From NCBI RefSeq assembly GCF_006345805.1, contig NC_043014.1:28210001-28274000 (forward strand): a stretch of DNA of 64,000 nucleotides, in the 5' to 3' direction. The translations under genes and the position numbers were made by a program. Position 1 is the stretch's first letter. Every line of letters starts with the position of its first letter. Source of the DNA: Octopus sinensis. Taxonomy: Eukaryota. The notes beneath the pieces are model-generated. The model did not search any database and had not been told where the DNA came from. It worked only from the letters and a program-made list of their open reading frames with translations. Positions 63,371 through 64,000 of this stretch are shown here, one piece after another.

Positions 63371-64000
63371 TAAGTCTTTTCTATTTTTTTAATTATTATA
63401 AATCTTCCACTGAGGAGGGAGCCGGTTTCCAACAAAGAGACAAGGCTCCATCTTTGGGATGTAGTTAACACAGACTAATTCACATTTGGAACTTGAGAAT
63501 AGTCTTGTATATTTTTATTGTTCCACTCACATATTGCACTTGTAATGTATGAAGTAGCCGGTCCATTCCTCTTTCTGAAAATCCCAGTTTATTCAGATTC
63601 TCCTTTAAGCATTTAATAACAAAACTTAGTGCTCCAATTATAGATATCCTCTTTTTCTTTGATTTTCAAAGAGATATTTATATCTGCAGGGCAGCTGGCC
63701 TCTGTCCCAAACAACAATATTCGGCCTGTTACGTTTACAGAAGTTTGATAGGAATATTCCATCAGTATTCCTTGAGTTGGTGCTTATGAATGTATTCTAT
63801 AACAGGGATTTTCTAAGACTTTTTTTTGCGGATGGCATTGTAAAATGTTTTGAAAATATAGGCATTGTACAGTGATTAAATATTTTATTCCTCAGAAATA
63901 TCGTGATTGTTCAAAACTCTCATTGTACCATCCCATAGCACAACCCCGTGGAAATCGTGACATTTACCACCTCTTGTGAGTCGGTAAGGTTCCCAACGGG

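Noticed and set aside
62537-63471. ORFs rich in CV/HT/MYVC repeats
   Set aside because: These are translations of (CA)n and (ATGT)n microsatellites.

Overview
AT-rich, intron- and repeat-dense eukaryotic genomic DNA. The SINE families, microsatellite load and repeat style suggest a coleoid cephalopod (Octopus-like); this assignment is an inference. Two host genes lie head-to-head. On the minus strand, a 478-codon single-exon ORF (5178->3742) encodes two LOTUS/OST-HTH domains (TDRD5/TDRD7-like germ-granule/piRNA family). On the plus strand is a complete three-exon TMEM170 gene (8029-8122, 27621-27791, 28981-29111; 131 aa, with consistent splice phases). The rest is mostly transposon-derived: two decayed mariners, a pogo/Tc2 remnant and MITE, piggyBac-like and hAT-like MITEs, two non-autonomous Helitrons, CR1-group and RTE LINE remnants, three CRE-like (RLE endonuclease) 3' fragments, many SINEs, and a Neptune-type Penelope-like element (PLE). 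The most striking pattern is a recurring architecture of head-to-head inverted arms, abutting (TA)n, with hammerhead-ribozyme (HHR) motifs near the outward-facing ends. It occurs three times at different apparent ages: a 451-bp almost perfect palindrome with a canonical dimer-type HHR on each strand (54397-54847), the PLE with 635-bp inverted arms (55543-57252), and a decayed palindrome in TMEM170 intron 2 (28469-28824).
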